Assembly (NCBI GenBank): GCA_963719905.1
Contig: CAVRDR010000007.1
Location: 21,386-85,385 of the forward strand
Source of the DNA: Vulcanimicrobiota bacterium
Lineage (GTDB): Bacteria > Vulcanimicrobiota > Vulcanimicrobiia > Vulcanimicrobiales > Vulcanimicrobiaceae
DNA length: 64,000 nt
Direction of reading: 5' to 3'
Part shown: one piece after another, positions 9,713 through 19,953 of the stretch
Position numbering within the stretch: position 1 is the stretch's first letter
How the letters are laid out: every line of letters begins with the position of its first letter
The notes under the pieces: model-generated
Databases searched by the model: none
The model's input: only the letters and a program-made list of their open reading frames with translations
What the model was told of the DNA's origin: nothing
Program-made: the position numbers and the translations under genes

Positions 9713-10119
9713 TACGTACCAGGCGTCGGCGTCGCCTTCTCCGTGATGTTGAGCGCCCTCTCAACGTCGCCGGTGATGTCGACGCCGCCGTAACCGATGC
9801 CCTCGCGCGTCAAGACCAGTTTCAGCTGACGCGCAGATGCGATTTTTCCGGCGGCGTCCCGAATCTGCTGCGAAAGCCGATCGGTCACCTGCGAATATTT
9901 ACGTTGCAGAGCCACCGCAGCGCGACGCTTCCGCGACGTGCTCTCACGCCGCGATTGAATCGAACGCTCATCGGCGTAAAGTTGGCTCTGATAGCCCTGA
10001 TACTCCGGCCAGTTCGCGACGATCCGCTGCACGTCCACGAGTCCGATAGGACTGCGCGTAGCGCACCCCGCGAGCGCGGCGGCGGCGCAGAAGAAAAAAA
10101 TCTGTTGGTGCTTTTTCAC
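9712..10119 (-). CDS. Small OmpH/Skp-like periplasmic chaperone lipoprotein
   Basis: 135 aa with lipobox LAGC. Skp-like N-terminus [16 protein letters not shown] and C-terminus [25 protein letters not shown]. Its stop shares 1 nt with the lpxD start. Confidence 0.6.
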   Translation of the reverse strand: MKKHQQIFFFCAAAALAGCATRSPIGLVDVQRIVANWPEYQGYQSQLYADERSIQSRRESTSRKRRAAVALQRKYSQVTDRLSQQIRDAAGKIASARQLKLVLTREGIGYGGVDITGDVERALNITEKATPTPGT

Positions 10120-11402
10120 TCGTGTTGACTTTCGACGTCCTTGATAATTTCGCTGGTTAGGTCGTATCCGCCCGCCGCAGACCAGATGTTGACGAAGACG
10201 ATGCTAAATCCCTTATCCTTTGCAATGCGCGAAACGTCACGTTCCACCTGCGCGACGATCTGCCCATAAAGCTCGCCGCGCCGCTTCTGTAGCATTCCGA
10301 GTTCCTTGGCGGCGGCTCCCGTCGCCCCGACGTCGGCCCCATGAAGCGCTGCAAACTGACGGTCGAGATCAGTTTTTGTTGCGTTGTACTCCCCGATAGT
10401 TTTTGCGGCGTCGGCCTGGAACTGTCCGACAAACTGTCGATGGATCCCCGAAATGCGCGCCTGCACGTCGGGCGAAAGGTTCGTCGGCAACGAAGGAGGA
10501 CCAAGGCTGCGCAACTGCGTGCCTACCTCGTTGCGGCGCTCCTCGAGCTTGCCTCTCGTCTGGGCTTGGATTGCGCCTATTTGGGTGCGAATTGCATCGC
10601 CGGTCTGTCGATCGAGCTGCTGCCGGTAAGAGCGCAGCGTCGCCGCATCGACGTCGCGCTGAGCTCCCAACTGCGCAGCCTCTTTGGCGCCGATGGCGGC
10701 GAGCTGCTCTTGCGCCTGCTTGCGCGCGCCTGGATCTAACGCGAGATTGGAGAGGCGCATTTTGATCGCCAATCGCGAGGCGGCGTCCTGCTGCGTCAAA
10801 CGCAGCGAGAGATCCGTTTCATTCTGCATAAGCTGTTCGGCCTTGGCACGATATTTCTGGGCCTCTTGCGCCTGGAGCTGCTTGGCTATCGAAGAGCTCG
10901 CCGCGTTGTCCTGCGCGACGACGTTCTGCTGGTACTCCATGAGGTCCGCGTCGGCCGCTTTGGCGGCTTGTGCAACCTGTTGAGCCGACGTACCGCTCAT
11001 TTGTTGTGCGGCGAGCGCACCCGAGCCTCGAATGCCCGCTGCGGCCAACGCCGAACGAACTGCCTGCTGTTCGCGCTGCGCGTAGTCGTTCTGTTTTTGT
11101 GCGAGAATTTTGTTCGCCCTTATCTGCGCGGCGCGCAGCTCTTGATTGAGCGCGGCGGTCTGCGCCGCGATCTGAGTGGCGCTCAGCGGTACGTGCCGTG
11201 CCACCGATTGAAGGTTGATTGCCGCAATCGCGTCATCGAGTTGCGAGAGCTGACCGTAGAGAGGATGATGCTTGACGACCTCATCGATCCGTACGTAACC
11301 CGTTCCGCGGATGGCGGACGAGTGGACGTTGGGCGCGCAGCCGGCGACCGCAACGACGAGGGCGCCGCTCAGAAGACTATTTCGTAAGCTCATTTTGGAC
11401 AT
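10116..11402 (-). CDS. Large Skp/OmpH-like lipoprotein with greatly extended Q/A-rich coiled-coil insert
   Basis: 428 aa with lipobox VAVAGC. Skp-like ends (GYVRIDEVVKHHPLYGQL ... KGFSIVFVNIWSAAGGYDLTSEIIKDV) flank about 330 aa of helical, Gln/Ala-rich sequence. ATGA overlap with the next skp gene. Confidence 0.5.
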   Translation of the reverse strand: MSKMSLRNSLLSGALVVAVAGCAPNVHSSAIRGTGYVRIDEVVKHHPLYGQLSQLDDAIAAINLQSVARHVPLSATQIAAQTAALNQELRAAQIRANKILAQKQNDYAQREQQAVRSALAAAGIRGSGALAAQQMSGTSAQQVAQAAKAADADLMEYQQNVVAQDNAASSSIAKQLQAQEAQKYRAKAEQLMQNETDLSLRLTQQDAASRLAIKMRLSNLALDPGARKQAQEQLAAIGAKEAAQLGAQRDVDAATLRSYRQQLDRQTGDAIRTQIGAIQAQTRGKLEERRNEVGTQLRSLGPPSLPTNLSPDVQARISGIHRQFVGQFQADAAKTIGEYNATKTDLDRQFAALHGADVGATGAAAKELGMLQKRRGELYGQIVAQVERDVSRIAKDKGFSIVFVNIWSAAGGYDLTSEIIKDVESQHE

Positions 11403-12183
11403 CCGGCGTGATGTCCGTCCCCCCGTAAATCACGTCTGCCTTGTCGAGAACGAGCAACAAATGCTTCTTACGTGCCACGTCGGACGTCGCGATCCGGGTT
11501 TGATCCACGAGGGGCTTAAGAAGCTGATCCTGCTTGTCGGCAACCGTCTTGTTGTACTGTTGCAGAAGTTGCTGTTTCTCGCTCGGACTGCGAGCCTGAG
11601 CGATTCGCGCGGAGTAGACTTGTCGCTGCGTGGTCTCGAACTGCTGCATCGTGTTGTTGGCCGTTTGCACCTTCGGAACTCCGTCGAGCACATTCTGATC
11701 GACGTAGCCGATCTCGGACGGCGGGGGCGTTGCGGCGGGCGGCTGGATGGCCTGCGGACTAACAAAGACGGCCTCCACGTCTTTCGTGACGTCTTGACCT
11801 CCGTAGATCACGACCCGCTTGTCAACGACGATCGAAAGATTGCGCGTTGCGCTAACCGCCGCAATTGCTAGCTGCGCTCGCTGAAAAAGAGGCCCGACGA
11901 TTTCCCGCTGCTTATCGTTGAATTGTTGCTGGAACTGCATGGCCACCTGCTGCTTCTCGGCATCCGTTCGAGCGCGGCGCACCTGAGCGTTGAACTGCGA
12001 ATCGAGCTGCGCCTTATAGGATGCCAGCTGACGGTTCCCCGCAACGAAGACCGGCAAGTTTGCCAGCTCTGCTTGATCGATGTATCCGACATCGGTGAGG
12101 TCTGCCGCAATGGCGCCGCGCCCCGCCCACACGGCGAGCGCGACGGCGCCGGCGAAAAATATCGCTGACCGAATTTTCATCAT
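11377..12183 (-). CDS. Tandem-domain OmpH/Skp-like periplasmic protein
   Basis: The track ORF extends into bamA, so I trimmed it to ATG 12183 (MMKIRSAIFFAGAVALAVWA, a signal peptide). Two Skp modules: DVGYIDQAEL...LSIVVDKRVVIYGGQDVTKDV and EIGYVDQNVL...LLLVLDKADVIYGGTDITPDV. Confidence 0.6.
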   Translation of the reverse strand: MMKIRSAIFFAGAVALAVWAGRGAIAADLTDVGYIDQAELANLPVFVAGNRQLASYKAQLDSQFNAQVRRARTDAEKQQVAMQFQQQFNDKQREIVGPLFQRAQLAIAAVSATRNLSIVVDKRVVIYGGQDVTKDVEAVFVSPQAIQPPAATPPPSEIGYVDQNVLDGVPKVQTANNTMQQFETTQRQVYSARIAQARSPSEKQQLLQQYNKTVADKQDQLLKPLVDQTRIATSDVARKKHLLLVLDKADVIYGGTDITPDVQNELTK

Positions 12184-12218
12184 CCTTCTATTGGTCTCCA
12201 GGACGGGTCGCCCTGCAA

Positions 12219-14480
12219 CTAAAAACTCTGGCCGATTCCGAAGCTCGTGTGCGTTCCATTCACCCCTTTGGCGAAGTCGATGCGTACCGTACGAAGACCG
12301 AGCTGGGGCACGTCGAAACGGATGCCGAAGCCGGCATCCCCGTAAAGCGCCCAATCAGCGGGATACCCGGTGATGCGGTTCGTGTACGGGTCGAGAAGCG
12401 GGTACGCGCCTCGGATGTGGTAATCCAGCTCGTCGACGAAGACCGCGAGCGTAATACGGCGATCTAACGCGACGGGTTGACGCAGCTCGATCTGACCGAG
12501 ATAAGCATTGGTTGCGTAAAAAACCTGGTTGTAACCGCGCATCTGCTGATCGGAGAACGTGAAGAGCGAACTGGGCGGAATGACCCCAGTCGAGTTGTAC
12601 GCGGCGCCGTGAACTCCCAGCGTGGCGTCCTTGAGCACTGGGAAGAACTTCGCGAGATCGAGCGTGCTCTCGGTAAACGAGAAGTTGGACCCGATTGCCG
12701 AAGCCGAGACCGTGGTGCTTAGCAGCGCCTTGACGCCGTTGCGAGGGTTGAACGGATCGTCGAGTGTGATCGTTTGCAAGCTGAGGCCGCTCGTCACAAG
12801 GTTATATGGTGCGCCGGTGTTCACGTTGGCAATCGACGACGCCGAAATGCCGAAGGAGCCACCGTAGTTGAACTGCGAGGAGTTAATCGGGCTCGGCGTC
12901 GGTCCGACGAAAATGTTCGGTTGATTTCCTTGGAAATAGTACGGCGACGGCACCGTCGTGTCGTACTTAATCTTTTGGCCGGAGATCGATAACGAAAGAA
13001 TTGTGTAGTCGCTCAGGCGGCGCCCGATGTTACCGGAGGCTCCGTTCGAGCTCGAAACGCTGGTGGCGTCGGCACCGGAGACCAACTGCGCATTCGTGCT
13101 CGAATAGAGCGTGACGGGAATTGGAACCGTCGCACTGCTCCTCACCGCCGAGCCGGAACCGGCGATAGCGTAGATCGGATAATAATACGTCGTATGGTTG
13201 GTGAAGATGGAGCCGCCAACCGTGTACTTTTGCCCTTGCGGAGTGTTGCTGAGGTAGGGTACCGACGCCGTAAGCTGCGCGATGCCCGCGCGCGCGCCCT
13301 CTTCAAACTGAAGCCCCGCGGAGTTGCCGGTACCGTGCAGATTATTGTCCGAAAAGCCGAGCGTCGCGTAGAGGCCAAGGCCGGTCAAACCTCCCGAATA
13401 TCCAAAGCCGACCGAGGCCGTCGCCGTGCGCTGCTCGGTGACGTGCCAGACCAGGGTGACGTCCTGCGGCTTCTTCGGATCCGGACCCGGCTTGATATCG
13501 GGCTCGACTTTGGAAAAGAAGTTGAGCGCGTTGAGCCGTTGGTAATCGCGCTTGATCGCATCGGTGTTGAGGACCATTCCTGGCCGTTCCCGCAACTCGC
13601 GACGGATCACTTGGTCTTTCGTTCGCGTGTTCCCAGTGACTTCTACCACGGCGATGCGCGCGACGTAAATATTGTACTTGACGTCGGCGGTTCCCGCCTG
13701 AAGGTTGATCGACGATGGCACGATACCGCCCTCGAAGTTTCCGACTTCGAGATGGAACTTGTCTTCGTAGAGTTTCTGCAGCGTTTTGTAATCGGCATCG
13801 CGCACGGAGTCGGAGTAGACGCTGCCGGGTTTCAAGGTAAGATGCGGAAGGAGATAGGGCGGCGGAAGCAGCGGATCGCCCCCGATGATAATGTTTTTGA
13901 CGATCAAGCCCTCTTGAATGACCAGCGTGAGCGCACCGGTCTGCGAATCGAGGTTGATGTCCTTAACGTGGGTCGGCACTTGTCCGCCGTAACCGATGCG
14001 TTCGTAATAGTTATTGATCTTCAGCACGTCTTGCCGAAAAGTGTTGGTATTGAAGACTTGGCCAACCGCCAGGTCCATGAGCGCCAACAGGGTGTCGCTG
14101 GGAACCTTCTGGTTCCCGCTAAAAGCGATCTTCGTGATGACCGGATTCTCGACGACGCGGTAGGTGATGGCAATGCCGCCGGGGCGCTGGCGCACCAACG
14201 GCGGGGCGATATCCGCGAAGTAGCCGAGCGCGTTGATTCGCGCGAGATCCGCCTGAACGACCTTAGGGTCGTACGGCTGGCCGGGCCGCGCCGCAATGAC
14301 CGACATGATCGTCTGCGTCGGCACGTGCAGGTTGCCCGTTACGTCGACGGAGACGATCCTTGATGCAGGGGGGGACGCCGACGCTGCTGGACCGATGCTC
14401 AAACCAGTCATTGCGAGGAGCGACAGAATCGCCACGTACCGTTGCAACGGCCCCACGCGCCGCCTGGGATCACAGGTCAT
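12219..14480 (-). CDS. bamA: Outer membrane protein assembly factor BamA
   Basis: 753 aa. Signal peptide, POTRA-like repeats (IVSVDVTGN..., ITKIAFSGNQKV..., VKNIIIGG..., IAVVEVTGNTRTKDQVIRREL), C-terminal beta-barrel ending ...FGIGQSF. Confidence 0.9.
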   Translation of the reverse strand: MTCDPRRRVGPLQRYVAILSLLAMTGLSIGPAASASPPASRIVSVDVTGNLHVPTQTIMSVIAARPGQPYDPKVVQADLARINALGYFADIAPPLVRQRPGGIAITYRVVENPVITKIAFSGNQKVPSDTLLALMDLAVGQVFNTNTFRQDVLKINNYYERIGYGGQVPTHVKDINLDSQTGALTLVIQEGLIVKNIIIGGDPLLPPPYLLPHLTLKPGSVYSDSVRDADYKTLQKLYEDKFHLEVGNFEGGIVPSSINLQAGTADVKYNIYVARIAVVEVTGNTRTKDQVIRRELRERPGMVLNTDAIKRDYQRLNALNFFSKVEPDIKPGPDPKKPQDVTLVWHVTEQRTATASVGFGYSGGLTGLGLYATLGFSDNNLHGTGNSAGLQFEEGARAGIAQLTASVPYLSNTPQGQKYTVGGSIFTNHTTYYYPIYAIAGSGSAVRSSATVPIPVTLYSSTNAQLVSGADATSVSSSNGASGNIGRRLSDYTILSLSISGQKIKYDTTVPSPYYFQGNQPNIFVGPTPSPINSSQFNYGGSFGISASSIANVNTGAPYNLVTSGLSLQTITLDDPFNPRNGVKALLSTTVSASAIGSNFSFTESTLDLAKFFPVLKDATLGVHGAAYNSTGVIPPSSLFTFSDQQMRGYNQVFYATNAYLGQIELRQPVALDRRITLAVFVDELDYHIRGAYPLLDPYTNRITGYPADWALYGDAGFGIRFDVPQLGLRTVRIDFAKGVNGTHTSFGIGQSF

Positions 14481-14638
14481 GTGAAAAAAGTCGTCCTCAA
14501 TTTACCTCGAGGTCCTATTGACGGCCTCAGCATGGCTGGCGCGCATAAATGCATCGCGCGCGACCCGGGACGCCTGTTCCGCCCGGCCTACCCGGGGTCC
14601 TTGCGCATGGCCTAAGCCTGAACTTACGCTTAATCTAT

Positions 14639-17600
14639 TCACCAGAAATGACGTTGATAGGTTAGGCTGAAGCCGGTGTTTCCAATCAGCGGCTCGGTGG
14701 CGAGATAACTCGCGCCGTAGCCGACCGGCGCAGTCGGAAACTGCACCAGCTTTGTCGGTCCACTCTGCAAGAAAAAGTTGAGCGCTGCGGAGGTCTCAGG
14801 GTTTGGTTGGACTGTCAATCCGAACGATTGCGTCTGGGGAATTCCGAAAGTGACCGCGTAGACGGCGCTCACCGCCTTGCTCAAGCAGTCGGCTCGCCGT
14901 AAATCCTACGTTCCCGTAGTAGCCGAGGGTGAGATTGATGCTCGATAGACCGAGGCCCTGACCGAGCGTGGTTTCCAATGGCGAGAGCAAGCCGGCAGTA
15001 AACTGAGCGTTGAGGAGGCTGAACGCCTCCTGGCCAACAGTGATTGAGCTCCTCTGTTGGAGGCCCACGTCCGGAATCGGTGAGAGCGTGCCTAACGGCG
15101 TTATCCCATTGGGTTGCTGCCGCGCAAGCATCTCCTGGCGGCTAAAGCCGATGCCGCTGGCGAACCCGCCGAAGGGCGCGATCAGGGCAATGATCTGATC
15201 TTGGGTGTATCCCGGCGGATTCGAGTTGAGGCGGATATTGAGACTCGATATCGGCCCGTCCACAGAGATGGTTATGTCGGCACTCCCGTACGGATTGCGC
15301 GCGCGGTCGGGATCGGGATTGACCACCGACGTCGTCGCAACGGCGCTTAGCGTGGGGAGAACGCCGTCGGCGGCGTTAAAGCGAACGCTTCCCTGTTGTA
15401 CGCGGAAGGCTCGATCGAAATACGTGAGCGTCCCGCCAGTCGATTCGAACGTTCCGGCGATGGTCGGTTTTGCCAACGTGCCGGCGAGCTTCGCCGAACC
15501 GGCAACGCCGATGTCGAGCCCTGCGCCATAACCGTTCCCGCGGACGCGCACGTTCTTCCCCGCGGTCGCTTGAAGATTGAAGGCGAGCGGTAAGGGCGGT
15601 CCGCTTACGGCAGCCGACTGCTGCGCCGCTTTGAGGAAGGAGGCAAATGGAAGCGTGCCGTTGCTCAGCGCGAGATGCCCTGAGAGCAGCGCGTTAGAGT
15701 CTGGCGCGCTTCGCGAGCGTGATTTGGCCATCGAGCGTTCCGTTTCCGTAGGCCGGAATGTCGAGTTGAGCCCCACGAGCCGCAAGCCTTCAGCGCGAGG
15801 GTCGCGCCCCCAGCGGAAAAGCCATTTGAAAATTCGACGTTCCCCGAACCCTGGATCGTGCCGCTTCCGAAGCGTGCCGATGCCCGCTCGATCGTCACCG
15901 ACGCGCGATTAAAAGCGAGAGCAGCCGTAATTTGCTGAATCGGAACTCGCTCGAGATTACTTACGTATGAGCCACCCGAGAGCGCGACGCGGCCAACGAT
16001 CGCCGGTTTGCGCACCGTGCCGGAGAGTCCGAGATGACCGTCGATCAGTCCGGCAAGCTTCGTGTCGTTGCCGAACGTTGCGTCGAAGATCGCCGGATCG
16101 AGTCCGACCACGTCGAGATCGAAGCTGATCGGCTGATCGGGAGCCGCCAAACGGAGCGGCGCAAGCTGCAGTGGGAGCGAACCCGCTAAGGTTGCCTCGC
16201 CGCGAGCGAAGGTCGCGCCGGCATCTGAAAGGATCAGTGCCCGCCGCTCTACTCGCACTTCCCCGAAAAGCGATACGATCGGCATACCGTACGCCAGCAC
16301 GTTGGTCCCATCGAAGCCCGCTTGGAATCTGGGCGCACGATACGTGCCGTCGACCTTGAGGGTCGACTCAAAGGACCCGCTAAGTGGAACCTTGACGCGC
16401 GAGACGTCGTAGACGAGTTGCGCGAGACGGTTGGTCGTCGCGTGGATTTGCAAGTCGAGCGGGTCGTCGCGCCGCAAACCGACCGTACCGGCCGCCGATG
16501 CCGAGAGCGCCGAGGTCTCGATCTCGCCTTTGTCGATGACGATACGCCGGGAAGCAGTGTGAACTGCGAGTTCCGCGCGATCGAGAGCCAACGGGCCAAT
16601 CGTTGCGCCGGTCAGGCCGGCGTTCCCCCGCACGTCAATGAGCGGGTATCGTCCACGGACCGTCGCCTTTCCCGAAACGAGACCCGTGATCGGAACGCCC
16701 TGCAGGCCAAGCGCGGGGATCCAAAGCGAGAGATCGAGATCGTCGACGTCGGCGGCGAGATTGAATCGCGAACGCATCAACGTGGATTGCCACGCGCTCG
16801 TTGGCGTCAACGCGATCGACCCGCGCGCGTGAAGCATTCCTTGCTTACCGCCGACGGCGAGCGATCCCGTGATAACGTCGCGCGCGCTCGACCAGACGGC
16901 TTTGGTATTGCCGATAGGCAAGTTTCGATAACGGAAGCCGCGCACGTCGATGTCGCCGCTCGACGTGATGCGCGCGTCCCGCGATGCTGCTGCAAGTTTC
17001 ACGCTGCCGGTGCCGTCCAGCGTATCGCCCGTATCGAAAAAATTGTTGAAGTCGGAGAGATCAGCGCGCGGCGCGCTCACGTCCACGACGTTTTCGTGCG
17101 GCCGCGATACCGCCGTAAAGTACACGGTGGTCGTGCCGACGAGAACGGAGCCGTCACGTACGGCGACTCCGCGAGGATCGGCCGAAAGCAGCGCACTCCC
17201 ATCGACGAATGGCAATCCATTCGCCTCGCCTCCCGGAACGCCGACGTGCCCGCTGACGTTCGGTGCCAGGCTCCGACCGGCGACGTGAAGCCGCGCGTTG
17301 AAGGAGCCGTCGGTCATGTAGTTTGGGAGTCCAAACGCATGCAGCGCCGGCAAGATTTGGGCTGCCGGGACGTATGCATCGAGGGCGTAAACGGGCGAAC
17401 CAGAGGTTAGCGCGGCGATTCTGCCGTCGACTCGCGCGTAGGTGGCTCCGAGGGCGCCGAGGGTGCGGCGAAACGTAACTGCATCGCCGGATAAACGCAC
17501 TTCGCCGTTTCCGGTGAATGCGAAGTGAGCGATGCGGCCGCCATTGACTGCGACGCCGCCATCAAACGAGGGCACCGGCGTTCCAGCAGCGAGTCTTCCG

Positions 17601-19879
17601 GCAGCCGAGAGCGTCCCCGCATCAAGCGGTAATCCGATGCCACGAAGCTGCACCGCATTGAGCCGTTTAGCGACGAGCGCGAGCGCATTGTGACCGGCGC
17701 CCGCGGCGGACGGCGCAAGCGCGAACGTGCCGGCGGCAACGAGATCGCCGCCGGCCGCGTGGGCATCGGCTGAATAAATCCGCAAGCGATTGCCGGCAAT
17801 CCCCAGCGTCAAGTTTGCGCGATCGACCGGGACGCCATGCAACGTCGCATTTCGCAGCGCTAAGTTGGAGCCTTGCACGACGATACTAGACGGCTCGATG
17901 CCGATACCGACGGTTCCTCCGATGCTGCCGTGACCGGCGATTGCGTTTCCAATCAATGGCTGCAAGCCTTCGAAGGTTCCATGATAGGTCCCATAGGCGA
18001 TGAAACGTTGCGCCGAAAATCCGCCGTGGCCATCGAACGTTCCCCACGGGCCGGATGCGCGAAGCACGTTTACCGCTGCGTTTTGCAACGTTCCGCCGAA
18101 TGCCGCCTCGACTGCAGCGAATTGCACGCCCGCGATGCTAGCCTGCGAGCCCTTAACGAACCCCGCCAACACGATACTCTTGCCTGATCCGCCTCCGGCC
18201 AGCGTCATCCCCACCGAATGCCCGTTGACGTTCGGCATCTGCGGCAGCGAAATTCCGGGAAAGGTTTTATAGCCGACCGAGCGCATGCGCAGACCGCTCG
18301 AGAGCATCCAGAAGGCGCTGGTATCGTTGGGCCGGTCGAGCAAATAACCGCCGTCGAAATTGCCCCGCTCGGTATGGAACCAGAATGGCTCGACGGCAGC
18401 CGTGCCGTTGGGGTTCGTTTCGACCAGCGCCGCCAAGCGCGTGACGCCTCGCGCCGACGCGGCGCTGCCGACGACATGAAAGAGTAGATTATCTCCGGTT
18501 GCCGAGGCATCGACGATTACCGGTTCGTCTCCCAGCATTTCATCGAGATACGGAAGCCGATTCGCCTGGCCCGCGACGTGCACGGCAAACCTCGAGAGAA
18601 GCCTCTTGCCGACATTCATGGTTCCGGCGACTCGCAGCGCCATGCCGCCATAGCCGACACTCAACGGCGCGAGCGCGACGACGTTGGAATGATACACGAC
18701 GCCGGCGTTAAGGGAGTCGAACGGAAGCTCGCGATAGCGCGCCTTCGGCGATACGACCCGCGCAACGATCACCGGGTCGTCGATCGGCCCGTGCACGAGC
18801 ACGCCAAGTCGCGCCGCTCCGGAAATCGGCTGTCCGCGCGCGAACGTAAACGCTTGCCGTAGCGCGGAGAGATCGCCGGTTCCCGAGACGCTAAACGAAG
18901 CTTTGCGCCTCCGGTAAGCGCGCCGGTGAAATCGTACGCTCCGCCGTCGATGCGTAAGTGGATGCCGGCGAGCGTCGCATGCGCGCCGCGCACGAAGAAC
19001 GCGTTATCGATCACTTCCAGCCGCGCGCGAAGGTTCTCGATTGGCGCGGCAAGCGCATTGATCCCCAAACGGCCGCCGTTCACGTCGAGCCGCAGGCTCA
19101 CGTGATAGCTCGGCGTCGCATTCGGGACGACACCGAGAGCGTAGAGCCGCGCGTCGAAATTTCGACCTTCGCCGGCAAGTATTCGCACTGCCGGCGTGTC
19201 GGCTAAGTAATTCGCCAGCGCGCGCATGGGAAAACGCGGTGCTTGCGCGTGATGCATGGCGTAGCCGGCTACGGCATCGATTCTGCCGCCGACGGTGAAT
19301 GGTTCGAGGCGCCGCTCTTCAAAAGAGCCGCGAGCGCGATACTGCGTGACCGCCCCGGTATCGACCGATGCTTCGATCGCGACGCTGCCTACGCGAAGAT
19401 CCTTCGCGCTCGCGTCATAAGCCGAGGGCTCGCGCAGTTCGATCTGCAAATTGCGAACCCGCAGAGCAAACCGGAGTGGAACCGGATTTGGGCGCTGCGG
19501 TGGGGGCCGAGTTGCAGCGCGCGGGAGATTGAAATTGAAGCTTCCATCGCGAAACCTGACGATCGTCAGGCGGGCGCCATCGATGTCGATGCGCAGCAAT
19601 CCGAAGCGATGAGTGCTGCCCCGGCAAGAGGTCCCGCAACGAATACCGGAGCGCGATGCGATTCGCGTCAAGCAGCGGCTGGGTGCCGTGCTCGACCTGC
19701 AGGCTCGATAAAACGGCTGCGTCCCATCCGACGTGCAGCTCGGCGATCCGGACGGTGTAGCCGCCTGCGAGACCCGCGCCTTCTTGAATCGCAAAGCGCA
19801 GCAAAGCGTGGCGCCTTGCGACCGCGAGGGACAGAACCGTGATGACGGCCAGCAGGCCGATCGCAAAGCGTGTGCGCAC
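14639..19879 (-). pseudogene. tamB: TamB-like translocation/assembly module protein (DUF490 C-terminus), reading frame interrupted several times
   Basis: Five track ORFs in different frames tile one ~5.2 kb gene: 19415-19918, 18769-19866, 15665-18802, 14796-15785, 14639-14884. N-terminal TM anchor VRTRFAIGLLAVITVLSLAVA. C-terminus ...GNTGFSLTYQRHFW. Frame changes near 19620, 18900, 15790, 15705 and 14890. These may be assembly indels rather than true decay. Confidence 0.7.
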
Positions 19880-19953
19880 CTGGAGCTCTTGGGCTTCTAT
19901 ACCTCCTGCGCAGCACAAGGCCCCGCCGGATTAAGCAGCTTCTAAAGGAACTC

